Below are positions 36,007 through 45,654 of a stretch of 64,000 nt of DNA, in pieces; position 1 is the first letter of the stretch, and each line of letters begins with the position of its first letter. Position numbers and translations under genes: made by a program. The stretch spans positions 558,001-622,000 of the forward strand of contig UYFQ01000006.1 of the NCBI GenBank assembly GCA_900617105.1, written 5' to 3'. The notes under the pieces are model-generated. The model made no database searches. It was not told the DNA's origin and worked only from the letters and a program-made list of their open reading frames with translations. The stretch comes from Hydrurus foetidus. Taxonomy: Eukaryota.

Positions 36007-37043
36007 ACAAAAGACTCTCTCAAAATGCCCATCGCTTGTTGCACGGGGCGGTCAGAAAAACTGAACAGCACAGCGTCCGTGCTGGCATTCAGGCGGAGCG
36101 TGGCCCACGAAGGCACGACAAAGGTGTCGCGCGGGCCGAAGTTGAAATGTTGGCCACCAATCTCAGCCACACCCGTGCCCTCCACCACGCTGTACACCGC
36201 GCCGTCGGTGCTGCGGTGCGATTGCCCCGCAAAACCCTGGGGCAGCAGTTGCAAAAACGTGGCGATGGTGGGCATGGGCGAGCCGCCCGTCAGCGGGTTG
36301 ATGTAACGCAGCTTGTGGCCCGTCCAGGCATCGGGCGTCTCTTGACGCTGCAAGTCAGCCAACGCCTCACGGCTGCGGGCGTAGGGGTAGCTGAAAATAG
36401 GCGAGGTGGCCGATTGGTGCGTGTGCCGCACGGGCACCATGTTGTGGCCAAAGCGGGCAAAGCTGTTGCCCTCGGGCTTGGCGACCAGCTGCACCTGGGC
36501 ATCGGCGTTTTCGGCAAAACCGGCATCGAAAAACCGCACCATCGGGATGTCCAGCCCATCTAACCACACCACCGGCTCGCTGCTCCCCGCCATGCCCTCG
36601 TTGCCGTGGTCATGCCAATCCCAGGAAGGCGTGATGATGAAGTCCCCAGGGTGCATGGTGGTGCGCTCGCCACCCACCGTGGTGTAAGCACCCCGCCCAT
36701 CCACAATGAACCGCAACGCCGACTGCACATGCCGATGCGCCGGGGCCACCTCCCCCGGCATGATGAGCTGCAAGCCCGCATAGAGCGATTGGGTGATGGA
36801 CGAACTGCCGGGCAGCGCCGGATTTTCCAAAATCAGCACCCGCCGTACCGCCTCTTCAGCGGTGATGAGCGTGGCCGACGCCATCAAATGCGGCCGAATC
36901 TCGTCATACCGCCACAGCGCCGCAACGCACGGCGTGGTGGGCTCTTTGGGCACCAGCGCATGCAGCGATTCCCACAGCGGGGTGAGGTTCAGGGGGCGGA
37001 TGCGGTCGTAATAGGACTGCCGCTCTTGGCTGGTGTCTGGCAT
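36003..37043 (-). CDS. gtdA: Gentisate 1,2-dioxygenase
   Basis: RRVLILENP, LYAGLQL..PGE.AP.HRH..SALRF, WHDHGN, WLDGLDIP, HRST. Confidence 0.95.
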   Translation of the reverse strand: MPDTSQERQSYYDRIRPLNLTPLWESLHALVPKEPTTPCVAALWRYDEIRPHLMASATLITAEEAVRRVLILENPALPGSSSITQSLYAGLQLIMPGEVAPAHRHVQSALRFIVDGRGAYTTVGGERTTMHPGDFIITPSWDWHDHGNEGMAGSSEPVVWLDGLDIPMVRFFDAGFAENADAQVQLVAKPEGNSFARFGHNMVPVRHTHQSATSPIFSYPYARSREALADLQRQETPDAWTGHKLRYINPLTGGSPMPTIATFLQLLPQGFAGQSHRSTDGAVYSVVEGTGVAEIGGQHFNFGPRDTFVVPSWATLRLNASTDAVLFSFSDRPVQQAMGILRESFV

Positions 37044-37121
37044 ACAGTGTCTCCGGTTCAGGGGTGACGGGATTGTTGGCCGGGGAGACTATTCAGACAA
37101 GGGGCTGGATGGGATACTGGG

Positions 37122-37138
37122 TATTCGGTTTTGGGATA
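37122..37138. promoter_or_regulatory. LysR-type T-N11-A box upstream of gtdA
   Basis: TATTC-GGTTTTG-GGATA, ~80 bp upstream of the gtdA start, resembling NahR/NagR-type sites. Confidence 0.45.
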
Positions 37139-37204
37139 ATTGAAAAAATGGAGCGGTAGGATGGGAATTTTGAAAGGTCATCTTCATGCCACAGGTGAGT
37201 TTGC

Positions 37205-37646
37205 CCCCCCGTTCATGGGGCCACCGGTGCCACCCCAGCCACGATCCTTTCCCCTGGCCTTGAGCGAGGCTGAACGGCAATTGGTATAGACACCTTGGGT
37301 CGCGACCGCTTTGCCGACACCGCCCCTGCCAGGGTGCATGGCCACGCTACTTGATCAGGGCCGCTACCTGGGCTCCGTGCGCACCATGTACCGCTTACTC
37401 AAGGAATGCAGTGGCTGCGCCGAGCGACGCAATCAGCGCCGCCACAGCGCCTTTGCCAAAATTGTATCGTCCAGACTTCCCCGTGCGCTTTGGCTCAATC
37501 GAAGATGCACGCGCCAGGCTGCCTACCGCCGCGTGGATCAACCCGCAGCTCAGAAATAAAGCCAAAGCCGAAATCCCAACTGAAACATTACACCCTGCTC
37601 AGTAAATATATGTTCAACGGTGATGCACAGTCATTGACACGGTCCG
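37205..37646 (+). mobile_element. Degenerate, internally deleted IS3-like insertion sequence remnant
   Basis: Frameshifted fragments PLALSEAERQLV*/DRFADTAPARVH/ATLLDQGRYLGSVRTMYRLL..ERRNQRRH, YRPDFP.RFGSIEDARA and LPTAAWINP. IR-like end AGTCATTGACACGGTCCG. DDE core missing. Confidence 0.75.
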
Positions 37647-37652
37647 CTGGCA

Positions 37653-38699
37653 CTACTGCAACTGATGCGCGAGCCAACCAATCATCTTGGGGAGCACAAC
37701 ATCGAGCTTCGTGACGGCGCAGTGCCCTGTGTCGGGCAACAGAAGAACTTCTGTATCTTTGCGCCCCTGAAAAACCAAGGTGTCTTGCTGCGGGATGTGG
37801 ACGTCGTCAGCTCCATTGACCACCAGCATCGGCGCGTTATGACCCTGCTCAAGCAGGCTCCTAAGCGAGAAGCCTGCTATCGCGGCTGCGACTTCCTGCG
37901 GATCGGGGCGATTCAGGCCAAGCGCATTGCCCAGAATGTCTGCCATTCCAAAATGCCACTGGGGCGCGGGAGGATTTGCAAGGGCTCCGACCGGGCCGCC
38001 GAGAACGATAGAGGCGTCCACCGCACCCTCCAGTCCAGAACGCGCGGAAAAGTGGCCCCCCATAGAGATCCCGAGGTGCCCCACTTTGCGAGCGCCTAAC
38101 CGACGCGCCTCGGCCACTAAGCCGGTGACGATCTCATACCCGGCAGGCGACATCGGGATTTGGGACTCGCCAGTTCCGGGAATGTCGAATGCAAGTACTC
38201 GGACCCCAGCGTGCTGGATAAACGGCAGGAAAACTCCTTGCAAGTCCATCTTCCAAGAGTCCACTCCGCCGCTTGCCAATAGGATTGGTGCATTGGTTGT
38301 AGCCCCCTTTGCTGACAGCACGTGCACAGGCACTGCGGTCATCCCTCCGGCGTAGGGCACGTTCAATATGCGGCGCTCAAAATCAATAGGTAGTTGGCTC
38401 GACCAGCGCTCACATTGCTCGACTTGATTTGCCAGAGCCATACGACCTGCTTCATTGGCCAGCGTCGGAAACTTGGCCCAGCCATACGCGAGCATGGCCT
38501 GATCGTGGCGACCTGCACTTACATACCGCTCAGCAAGACTGGACCACTCGTAGACCCAGCCGCCTGGCTCATAGTCCCACATACGATCGATGAGCGATCG
38601 CACCTCGTCCACGTCTTTGGCGGGAAGATTTTGCCGGGTCATTTGAGCGTATCGCTCGGTGAATAGCTCGTTGGGGTCAAGGGGCCATGTGTATGCCAT
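37653..38699 (-). CDS. Alpha/beta hydrolase, FrsA/DUF1100-like
   Basis: GGVDSWK, FDIPGTGES, GISMGG elbow, NGADD, GHC. AGGAG RBS. Confidence 0.8.
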   Translation of the reverse strand: MAYTWPLDPNELFTERYAQMTRQNLPAKDVDEVRSLIDRMWDYEPGGWVYEWSSLAERYVSAGRHDQAMLAYGWAKFPTLANEAGRMALANQVEQCERWSSQLPIDFERRILNVPYAGGMTAVPVHVLSAKGATTNAPILLASGGVDSWKMDLQGVFLPFIQHAGVRVLAFDIPGTGESQIPMSPAGYEIVTGLVAEARRLGARKVGHLGISMGGHFSARSGLEGAVDASIVLGGPVGALANPPAPQWHFGMADILGNALGLNRPDPQEVAAAIAGFSLRSLLEQGHNAPMLVVNGADDVHIPQQDTLVFQGRKDTEVLLLPDTGHCAVTKLDVVLPKMIGWLAHQLQ

Positions 38700-38718
38700 T
38701 ACGGTTCTCCTGGTTTGT

Positions 38719-39765
38719 TTAAGAGTTGTTGCTTGAGATCGATGGAGACTGCCAATGGACCATCGGAAGGCCGGCAACCGGTGACCTAAAGCAAGCGAGT
38801 GATGTGCCCATAAGGCTGCCGAGATAAACGGTCTTCAGGTCAGGGCCGGCAAAAGTGATGCTGGCCATCCATGGCGCGAGCGTGCCGTGGGCCTGCGCCA
38901 TGATTTCCATGGTTAACGTGCCCGCTGCAGCATGCGCCTCAAGTTGAGCATTGGCATCTGGATTCCCGTCGTCCAAGAGCTCAATGACTTCGCCCTCGGG
39001 GGTTATCGCAAGGAGCCTGTCGGACATGATCATGGTCACCCACAGGTTCCCAAAGGCATCGAATGCCATGCCGTCCGGTGATCCCGCGCCGAGTGATGAT
39101 GGACCAAACACTTCGCGCTCGGTAAGGGAACCATCCGGCTGCAACCGCAGGCGCGAGATCCTCTTGGCCGTGGTCTCCACCACGTAAAGCCATTCCTCCT
39201 TGGCATCGAAGCGGATCTCGTTCGTGAATGCGAACCCGTCGGCAACAACACGCGCACCTTGGTCATCCATCAAGATGATGTAGCCGTCGTTGACGCCAGG
39301 ACGCAGCGCATCAGACCAAGGGTTGATGCGTGTAGAGACTGTTATCCAAAGGCGGTTTCGCGAGTCGCGTAGAACGAAGTTCGCTTTGCCGATCGGCACG
39401 CAATCAATTGCGTCCAGAAGCACCGTTGTTTCGCCACTCTGGCGGCTCATGCGTTCGACGCGATCAGTGCCGAAATTTGCCACGATCAGATCGCCTGCGG
39501 CGTTGAAGGCCAGACCATTGGGAAGCGTTCCCCTGGTAAAGCGCTCTTTGAGGTCACCGGTATCTTCAAAGCGCGAACAGGCCTTCTGAGCGACCAGACG
39601 TTGAGCTCCATCAGGCCGTATGTGCATCACGCCACCGCGTGCATCAGCCACCCACAGATCACCTGAACTCTCCGCAAGCACGCACTCGGGCCTTGCGAGA
39701 TCAACACCAACCTGAGTGACTAGTTTTCGGTCAACTTTCCAGTTGAGCAGCGGGTTCGTTTTCAT
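38719..39765 (-). CDS. SMP-30/gluconolactonase/LRE family protein
   Basis: RPECV, PNGLAF, FTNEIRF, PDGMAFD..GNLWV, FAGPDLKTVY.GSL. Confidence 0.9.
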   Translation of the reverse strand: MKTNPLLNWKVDRKLVTQVGVDLARPECVLAESSGDLWVADARGGVMHIRPDGAQRLVAQKACSRFEDTGDLKERFTRGTLPNGLAFNAAGDLIVANFGTDRVERMSRQSGETTVLLDAIDCVPIGKANFVLRDSRNRLWITVSTRINPWSDALRPGVNDGYIILMDDQGARVVADGFAFTNEIRFDAKEEWLYVVETTAKRISRLRLQPDGSLTEREVFGPSSLGAGSPDGMAFDAFGNLWVTMIMSDRLLAITPEGEVIELLDDGNPDANAQLEAHAAAGTLTMEIMAQAHGTLAPWMASITFAGPDLKTVYLGSLMGTSLACFRSPVAGLPMVHWQSPSISSNNS

Positions 39766-39828
39766 CACATTTCCTGAAATCTTCACAAGACGAGTTTCGA
39801 TCAATGCGCATGCAGTGATAATAGTTTG

Positions 39829-39846
39829 ATTATACGTATGTGTAAT
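39829..39846. promoter_or_regulatory. Imperfect palindrome in the divergent promoter, probable TetR operator
   Basis: ATTATAC-GTAT-GTGTAAT. Confidence 0.4.
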
Positions 39847-40029
39847 GTATTGAAAACACCGTCTATACTTTGTGACGTTTTGGCGCGACGATTCGAGCCA
39901 TAGATGGATGACCGCGATGGAGTATTTTTAATTGCGCCGATGCTCAATTTTCAGACCCTTGCCCACCAAACATGGATTTGAGGCGTAGTAGCGTGGTAGC
40001 GTAGATGCCCTGATTTCGCCAACACGTTT

Positions 40030-40827
40030 ATGAACACCCCAAAAAACTCACCTGAGGTTGAAACTCCGAAGCGCAGACCTCAATCGCGCTCGGACAGTGA
40101 GGCGACCAAGGCGCGAATCCTTGACAGCGCTGAAAAGTTGTTTGCGCGGCTCGGCTACCACGCTGCTTCGATACGCGACATAGCGGCTGAGGCGGAGTGT
40201 CAGTCGGCACTCGTGGGATACCACTTTGGCTCGAAGCAGGAATTGATGGATCGAGTGCTCGCTCGTCGTTCCGAGGTTCTTAATGCCGAGCGACTTGCGT
40301 TTCTTGAGCGGGCTCGAATCCAAAGCCAGGATGCGCCCATCAAGGTGCGAACCTTGCTCGAAGGCTACGTAGGCACGATCCTCAAAAGAGCAGCACGCAA
40401 TGACCAAGGTTGGCGCAACTACACGCAGATGGTTGCCATGGCGGCAAGCAGCGCCGAATGGAGTGAGCTGACCGACAAGCATTTCAATGCGGTCGCACGC
40501 GCGTATTTGGAAGAGCTGCATAGAAGCCAGCCAGACATTTCCGCCGAGGACCTCCACCAGGGGTTCTTCTTCGCTGTTGGAGCGATGGTGAATGTCTGTG
40601 CACGGCCAGGACGCATTGAAACCCTGTCGAAGGGGCAGTTCAAGTCAAGGGACGTCTCTGCGCTCTACGACAACTTATGCACCTTCTTGGAAGGTGGATT
40701 CATGGCGATGGCCCGAAGAGGCCTCGCACCACTAGGTCCTTCGGGGCAAACAAAGGAAAATGATGGAGATTCAACAGGCGCGCCAGCCCGCGCAAAACGA
40801 AGAAAAAAGCAGGACACCGGTAGCTGA
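40030..40827 (+). CDS. TetR family regulator
   Basis: TKARILDSAEKLFA..GY...SIRDIA......ALVGYHFGSKQEL. Confidence 0.9.
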   Translation: MNTPKNSPEVETPKRRPQSRSDSEATKARILDSAEKLFARLGYHAASIRDIAAEAECQSALVGYHFGSKQELMDRVLARRSEVLNAERLAFLERARIQSQDAPIKVRTLLEGYVGTILKRAARNDQGWRNYTQMVAMAASSAEWSELTDKHFNAVARAYLEELHRSQPDISAEDLHQGFFFAVGAMVNVCARPGRIETLSKGQFKSRDVSALYDNLCTFLEGGFMAMARRGLAPLGPSGQTKENDGDSTGAPARAKRRKKQDTGS

Positions 40828-42820
40828 AGGTCAGCTTCTGTGGACTCCTTCTCCTGAACAAACCAACAGCTGCGAACTCTCGAAGTTCATGAGGTGGCTT
40901 GCCTCTGAACGCGGACACGCCTTCGGCGACTACGATGCTCTGTGGCGCTGGTCTGTGACAGATGTACAGGCCTTCTGGGCCGCGATTTGGGACTACTTTA
41001 ACGTCATATCCGGCAGTCCGTATGAGCGGGTGCTGAACACCAGAGAGATGCAGCGAGCGCGGTGGTTTGAGGGCGCGAGCGTCAACTATGCCGAGCATCT
41101 GATGCGCTCAGAAAGGCAAACCCCTGACAAGGTCGCTTTCCACCATTGCTCAGAATTGCGGCCGCTGAGCCAGATGACGTGGCGTGAACTGGGTCGACAA
41201 GTGCGCATCGTAGCGACACGACTGCGAGAACTCGGTGTGCAGCCTGGCGACCGCGTTGTTTCCTACATGCCCAATATTCCCGAGACCGCGATTGCGATGA
41301 TCGCCAGTCTTGCTATTGGTGCCGTATGGTCATCCGCCGCGCCAGAATTTGGCGTCAAAACAGTGGTGGAAAGGTTTGCACAGATACAGCCCAAGGTTCT
41401 GTTTGCAGCCGATGGGTACCGCTTCGCAGGCAAGGATGTTGACCGGCAAGCAGATGTGTCCGATCTAGCCCAGCAACTGCCATCAGTCCAGACCATTGTT
41501 TGGCTCGACTACCTCAAGCCAGGCACCATTCCTTCCATGGATTCGCGCGACCTCGTGAGTTGGCAAACGCTGTTGACTCACGCGGACGTGGCGGCTGAGA
41601 ACTTCGAGTACGAACGGGTCGGGACCGAACACCCCATGTGGGTCCTGTTCTCGTCCGGCACGACGGGCTTGCCGAAGGCGATCGTTCACGGCCACATCGG
41701 GATGCTGCTGGAGCACTTGAAAGTCTCGCACTTTCACATTGGGCTGGGCGCGGATTCGGTGTCATTCTTCTACACGACCACCGGCTGGATGATGTGGAAT
41801 GCACTACTGTCAGGCCTTCTCACAGGTGCCTCTGTAGTCCTGTATGACGGTAGCCCGGTGTATCCGGCTCTGGACACGCTTTGGAAGCTAGCGGCTGACA
41901 CGAAGACCACCTCGTTTGGAGCAAGTCCCACTTTCGTCCAGATGATGGAGAAGGCGCAGCTCCAGCCAAGCACGTCTCATGATTTATCAAGCTTGCGTTC
42001 CGTTCTCCTTGGTGGCGCGCCCTCCACCCCTGAAGTCTTCGCCTGGTTTTACGGCAGTGTCAGCCCTGATCTGTGGGTCACCTCACAATCTGGAGGTACT
42101 GAGATGTGCAGCGCATTTGTGGGCGGTGTACCTCTTCTTCCAGTTCGAGCTGGCGAGATTCAGGCCCGCCTTCTTGGAATGGACGTGCATTCTTGGACAG
42201 ACGATGCTTGCGAGCTTCACGACGAGGTGGGCGAGCTGGTTGTGACTACACCATTTCCATCGATGCCTCTCTTTTTCTGGAACGACGAGGACGGCAGTCG
42301 CTATCAAGACGCCTACTTCTCCCACTATTCAGGAGTTTGGCGGCACGGAGACTTCATCAAAATCAATGCCCGCGGAGGTTGCTTTATCTATGGGCGTTCG
42401 GACTCCACGCTGAACCGTCATGGCGTGCGCATCGGCACCTCGGAGGTGTATCGGGCAGTCGAGCAGGTGGAAGAAGTTGCGGACAGCCTTGTCGTGTGCT
42501 GCGACTTGCCCAATGGAAGTCACTACATGCCTCTGTTTCTTCGATTGAAACCTGGACATGTGTTGGATGAGGCACTTCGCCACAAGGTGGCAAAGCGCCT
42601 GCGCAGCGACTACAGCCCCCGCCACGTTCCCGACCAGATGTTTCAGGTCGACGATATCCCCTATACCCTTACAGGGAAGAAGCTCGAAGTGCCGGTCCGC
42701 AAGATTCTCATGGGCAGCCTACCTGAAAAGGTCGTGAGCCGCGACGCAATGGCAAACCCCAACGCGCTTGACTCGTTTGCTCGACTCGCGCGGGAAATGC
42801 CTATCCAACAAAACACTTGA
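40760..42820 (+). CDS. Acetoacetate-CoA ligase family (copy 1)
   Basis: LFSSGTTGLPKAIVHGH, GWMMWN, SGGTE, WRHGD, YGRSD.TL...GVR.GT, P.T.TGKK.E. Confidence 0.92.
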   Translation: MMEIQQARQPAQNEEKSRTPVAEGQLLWTPSPEQTNSCELSKFMRWLASERGHAFGDYDALWRWSVTDVQAFWAAIWDYFNVISGSPYERVLNTREMQRARWFEGASVNYAEHLMRSERQTPDKVAFHHCSELRPLSQMTWRELGRQVRIVATRLRELGVQPGDRVVSYMPNIPETAIAMIASLAIGAVWSSAAPEFGVKTVVERFAQIQPKVLFAADGYRFAGKDVDRQADVSDLAQQLPSVQTIVWLDYLKPGTIPSMDSRDLVSWQTLLTHADVAAENFEYERVGTEHPMWVLFSSGTTGLPKAIVHGHIGMLLEHLKVSHFHIGLGADSVSFFYTTTGWMMWNALLSGLLTGASVVLYDGSPVYPALDTLWKLAADTKTTSFGASPTFVQMMEKAQLQPSTSHDLSSLRSVLLGGAPSTPEVFAWFYGSVSPDLWVTSQSGGTEMCSAFVGGVPLLPVRAGEIQARLLGMDVHSWTDDACELHDEVGELVVTTPFPSMPLFFWNDEDGSRYQDAYFSHYSGVWRHGDFIKINARGGCFIYGRSDSTLNRHGVRIGTSEVYRAVEQVEEVADSLVVCCDLPNGSHYMPLFLRLKPGHVLDEALRHKVAKRLRSDYSPRHVPDQMFQVDDIPYTLTGKKLEVPVRKILMGSLPEKVVSRDAMANPNALDSFARLAREMPIQQNT

Positions 42821-42873
42821 GAATCGCCATGTCCTCCTTTCCTCTCACGATCTCTGCGAGAAGAGACGCCCGC

Positions 42874-42904
42874 AGTTCGCGGGAAGGGGTATTCCCGCGG
42901 AACT
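42874..42904 (+). terminator. GC-rich hairpin downstream of the ligase
   Basis: AGTTC-GCGGGAA-ggggta-TTCCCGC-g-GAACT, weak U tail. Confidence 0.35.
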
Positions 42905-42982
42905 TGTGCGATATTGACGGCGGGAGCCAACACAAGACAAGCAAGGCACCTGACAGTGCCTGCCATACCCATTTTTACCCCC

Positions 42983-43891
42983 ATGTCCAAACTCGATCTC
43001 GATTGGCTCGCCGTCTTCGACGAGGTCTACAAAACCGCCAGTGTCTCCAAAGCCGCTGAGCGCCTGGGCATCGCCCAAGCTGCCGCCAGCACTGCACTGA
43101 ACAAACTCCGCAACCACTTCGATGACCGCCTGTTCGCGCGCACTGCGCTGGGGATGCAGCCTACGCCGTTTGCGCAGCAGATTCGCCCTGCGCTGGCTGA
43201 AATCCTGGCGCAGCTTGAGATTGCGCATGGCAGCCGGGCGACGTTTGATGCGGCCAAGGCGCGACACACTTTTCGCATCTGCATGACCGACATCAGCGAG
43301 GTGGTGCTGTTGCCGCGCCTGCTGAACCACATGCGCCGCGCAGCGCCTGGGGTGCATATCGAAACGGAAAACATCTCCACGCAGACCGGGCGGCGACTGG
43401 AAGATGGGGAGGTGGATTTGGCGATTGGCTTCATGCCGCAGCTGGACGCAGGCTTTTACCAACAGGCCTTGTTTGCGCAGAATTTCGTCTGCCTTGTGGC
43501 CAACAACCACCCACGTATCGGCACCAAGCTCAGTAAAAAGGGCTTTGTGGCCGAGGCGCATGCGGTCATCACGTCGTCAGGCACGGGCCACGCCATTGTG
43601 GGCAAGACGCTGGCGCGGCTGGGGGTGGAGCGGGATGTGGTGGTGCAGCTGTCCAGCTTTTTGTGTGTGGCGCGCATCGTGGCGCAAACCGAACTGGTGG
43701 TGATCGTGCCACGCATCCTGGGGCAAATTTTGGCGGAGCAAGAGCCGGTGAAGCTGGTAGAGCCACCGTTCACGCTGCCGTCCTACTCGGTCAAGCAGCA
43801 CTGGCACGAGCGCTTTCATGCCGATGCCGCCAATGCGTGGCTACGGCGCACGATGGCGGAGCTGTTCAGCGGGACAGTTTGCGGGCCTTGA
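42983..43891 (+). CDS. LysR family regulator (NahR/NagR/DntR-like)
   Basis: LDL..L.VF......SVSKAA..LG..Q...S.AL.KLR..F.D.LF.RT..GM.PTP, MTDISE, HWH.RFH.D....WLR. Confidence 0.92.
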   Translation: MSKLDLDWLAVFDEVYKTASVSKAAERLGIAQAAASTALNKLRNHFDDRLFARTALGMQPTPFAQQIRPALAEILAQLEIAHGSRATFDAAKARHTFRICMTDISEVVLLPRLLNHMRRAAPGVHIETENISTQTGRRLEDGEVDLAIGFMPQLDAGFYQQALFAQNFVCLVANNHPRIGTKLSKKGFVAEAHAVITSSGTGHAIVGKTLARLGVERDVVVQLSSFLCVARIVAQTELVVIVPRILGQILAEQEPVKLVEPPFTLPSYSVKQHWHERFHADAANAWLRRTMAELFSGTVCGP

Positions 43892-44040
43892 GCGCATGGA
43901 GGACTGATGGGTTCTGCCACATCAGCGCAGCGCACAAGTAACAACCGCAACAGCAGCCCGCAGTGCAACGGTTTATTATGGGCAATACCGTGAGCAACAT
44001 TGCTCTCCATGCTCTTCATTTACGCCGTGAAATATACGTT

Positions 44041-44568
44041 GTGACTCCCCTTTCTCATCCACCGCTTGCCACCACGGCTTTGCCGCCCACCTTCACCTCA
44101 CCGGAATTCCGCGCGGCCTTGGGCATGTTTGCCACAGGTGTCACCATCGTCACGGCGCGTGGTGCAGACGGTAGCTTGATCGGCTTGACGGCGAATTCTT
44201 TCAATTCGGTGTCGATGAACCCACCCCTGGTGCTGTGGAGTCTGGCCCGCAGCGCGGGTTCGATGCCCGCCTTCAGTACCGGCTCACACTACGCGATCAA
44301 TATCCTGGCGGCTGACCAAAAAGCCTTGGCAGAGCGCTTTGCAGCCAAAGGCACTGAGCGCTGGAGTGGCGTGGCGTTCACTGAGGGTGCTGGCGGTGCG
44401 CCGTTACTGCGCGGTGCTGCGGCCACGTTCGAGTGCTTCAACCGCAGCCGTTACGAAGAAGGCGACCATGTGATTTTTGTCGGGGAGGTGGAATGCTGCA
44501 CCCACCGCACCGATGCCTCGCCATTGATCTTCCACGGTGGCAAGTTTTACACAGAACATGCGCTGTAA
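44041..44568 (+). CDS. Flavin reductase family protein
   Basis: FR.ALG.FATGVTIVT, TANSF.SVS..PPLVLW, GDHVIFVGEV. Confidence 0.92.
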   Translation: MTPLSHPPLATTALPPTFTSPEFRAALGMFATGVTIVTARGADGSLIGLTANSFNSVSMNPPLVLWSLARSAGSMPAFSTGSHYAINILAADQKALAERFAAKGTERWSGVAFTEGAGGAPLLRGAAATFECFNRSRYEEGDHVIFVGEVECCTHRTDASPLIFHGGKFYTEHAL

Positions 44569-44618
44569 CCGTAATAACGTAGACCAGATAAGCACAGGCT
44601 GCTCTGAAAAGTGAAGCA

Positions 44619-45539
44619 TTGAACACCCCACGAAAAACCCAGCTGGATGCCACCGCCATTGCGCTGCTGCTGGCATGTTGTCTGTTTTGGGGCTTTCAGC
44701 AAGTGCTGGTGAAAGCCACGCTCAGCGAATTGCCCCCGGTGTTTCAAGCGGCGGTGCGCTTCGCTGGGGCCACGGTGTTGCTGGCGCTGTGGTGCCGCTG
44801 GCGCGGACGGCGGCTGTTTGCCTGGGATGGCAGCCTGGGTGCGGGTTTGCTGGCCGGTGCGCTGTTTGCGGGTGAATTTGCGGGTCTGTACATTGGTTTG
44901 CAATACACCAGTGCCTCACGTTTGACGGTGTTTTTGTACACCTCGCCATTTTGGGTCGCCCTGCTGTTGCCCCTGTTTGTGGCCGCTGAAAAACTTCGCC
45001 GCCTGCAATGGCTGGGTCTGGCCTGTGCGTTTGCAGCGGTGGCCTTTGCGCTGGCCGATGGCTTTTCCAGCTCGGCGAACCTTGCCAGCGGCACGGTTCA
45101 ACCCAGCCAGCAGTGGCTGGGTGACCTGCTGGCCTTGGCGGCAGGCATGTTGTGGGGTTTGACCACCGTCACCATCCGCGCCACCCGATTGTCGCGCGCG
45201 ACACCCGAGCAATTGCTGTTTTACCAAGTGGCCTTCAGCACGCTGGCCCTGCCGGTGCTGTCGCTGGCCTTGGGCGAACGCTGGACGATGCACATCAGCG
45301 GCTTCGCAGCCGCCTCGCTGTTGATCCAAACCGTGGTGGGTGCATTTGCCAGCTATTTGGCCTGGATGTGGATGCTGGGGCGCTACCCAGCCACCCAGAT
45401 TTCGGTGTTTGTATTTTTAACCCCGCTGTTCGCGCTGCTGTTTGGCACCCTGTGGCTGGGTGAGCCTGTCACCCCCAGCCTGCTGGCTGCGATGGGGCTG
45501 GTGGCGGTGGGGATTGTGCTGGTGAACCGTGGCAAATAG
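44619..45539 (+). CDS. DMT/EamA transporter
   Basis: About 10 TM segments, FWG...V, YTSPF, FLTPLF....G...LGE. Confidence 0.9.
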   Translation: MNTPRKTQLDATAIALLLACCLFWGFQQVLVKATLSELPPVFQAAVRFAGATVLLALWCRWRGRRLFAWDGSLGAGLLAGALFAGEFAGLYIGLQYTSASRLTVFLYTSPFWVALLLPLFVAAEKLRRLQWLGLACAFAAVAFALADGFSSSANLASGTVQPSQQWLGDLLALAAGMLWGLTTVTIRATRLSRATPEQLLFYQVAFSTLALPVLSLALGERWTMHISGFAAASLLIQTVVGAFASYLAWMWMLGRYPATQISVFVFLTPLFALLFGTLWLGEPVTPSLLAAMGLVAVGIVLVNRGK

Positions 45540-45555
45540 AACGGCGAACCCCATA

Positions 45556-45593
45556 GAAAAAAAGCTGCATACGCTGTAACAGCGGTATGCAGC
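45556..45593. terminator. Intrinsic terminator-like hairpin between convergent genes
   Basis: A-run followed by GCTGCATAC...GTATGCAGC stem, giving a U tail on the minus strand. Confidence 0.6.
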
Positions 45594-45654
45594 ATTAAGC
45601 CGGTCATCAGTCGGCAGCCCGTTACCCGCTCAACACAGGCGGTCAAGGTGATGG

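Noticed and set aside
45548..45593. Terminator hairpin as a derived element copy
   Set aside because: Spacing after AGCT is similar but the first tetramer is missing. Kept only as a terminator.
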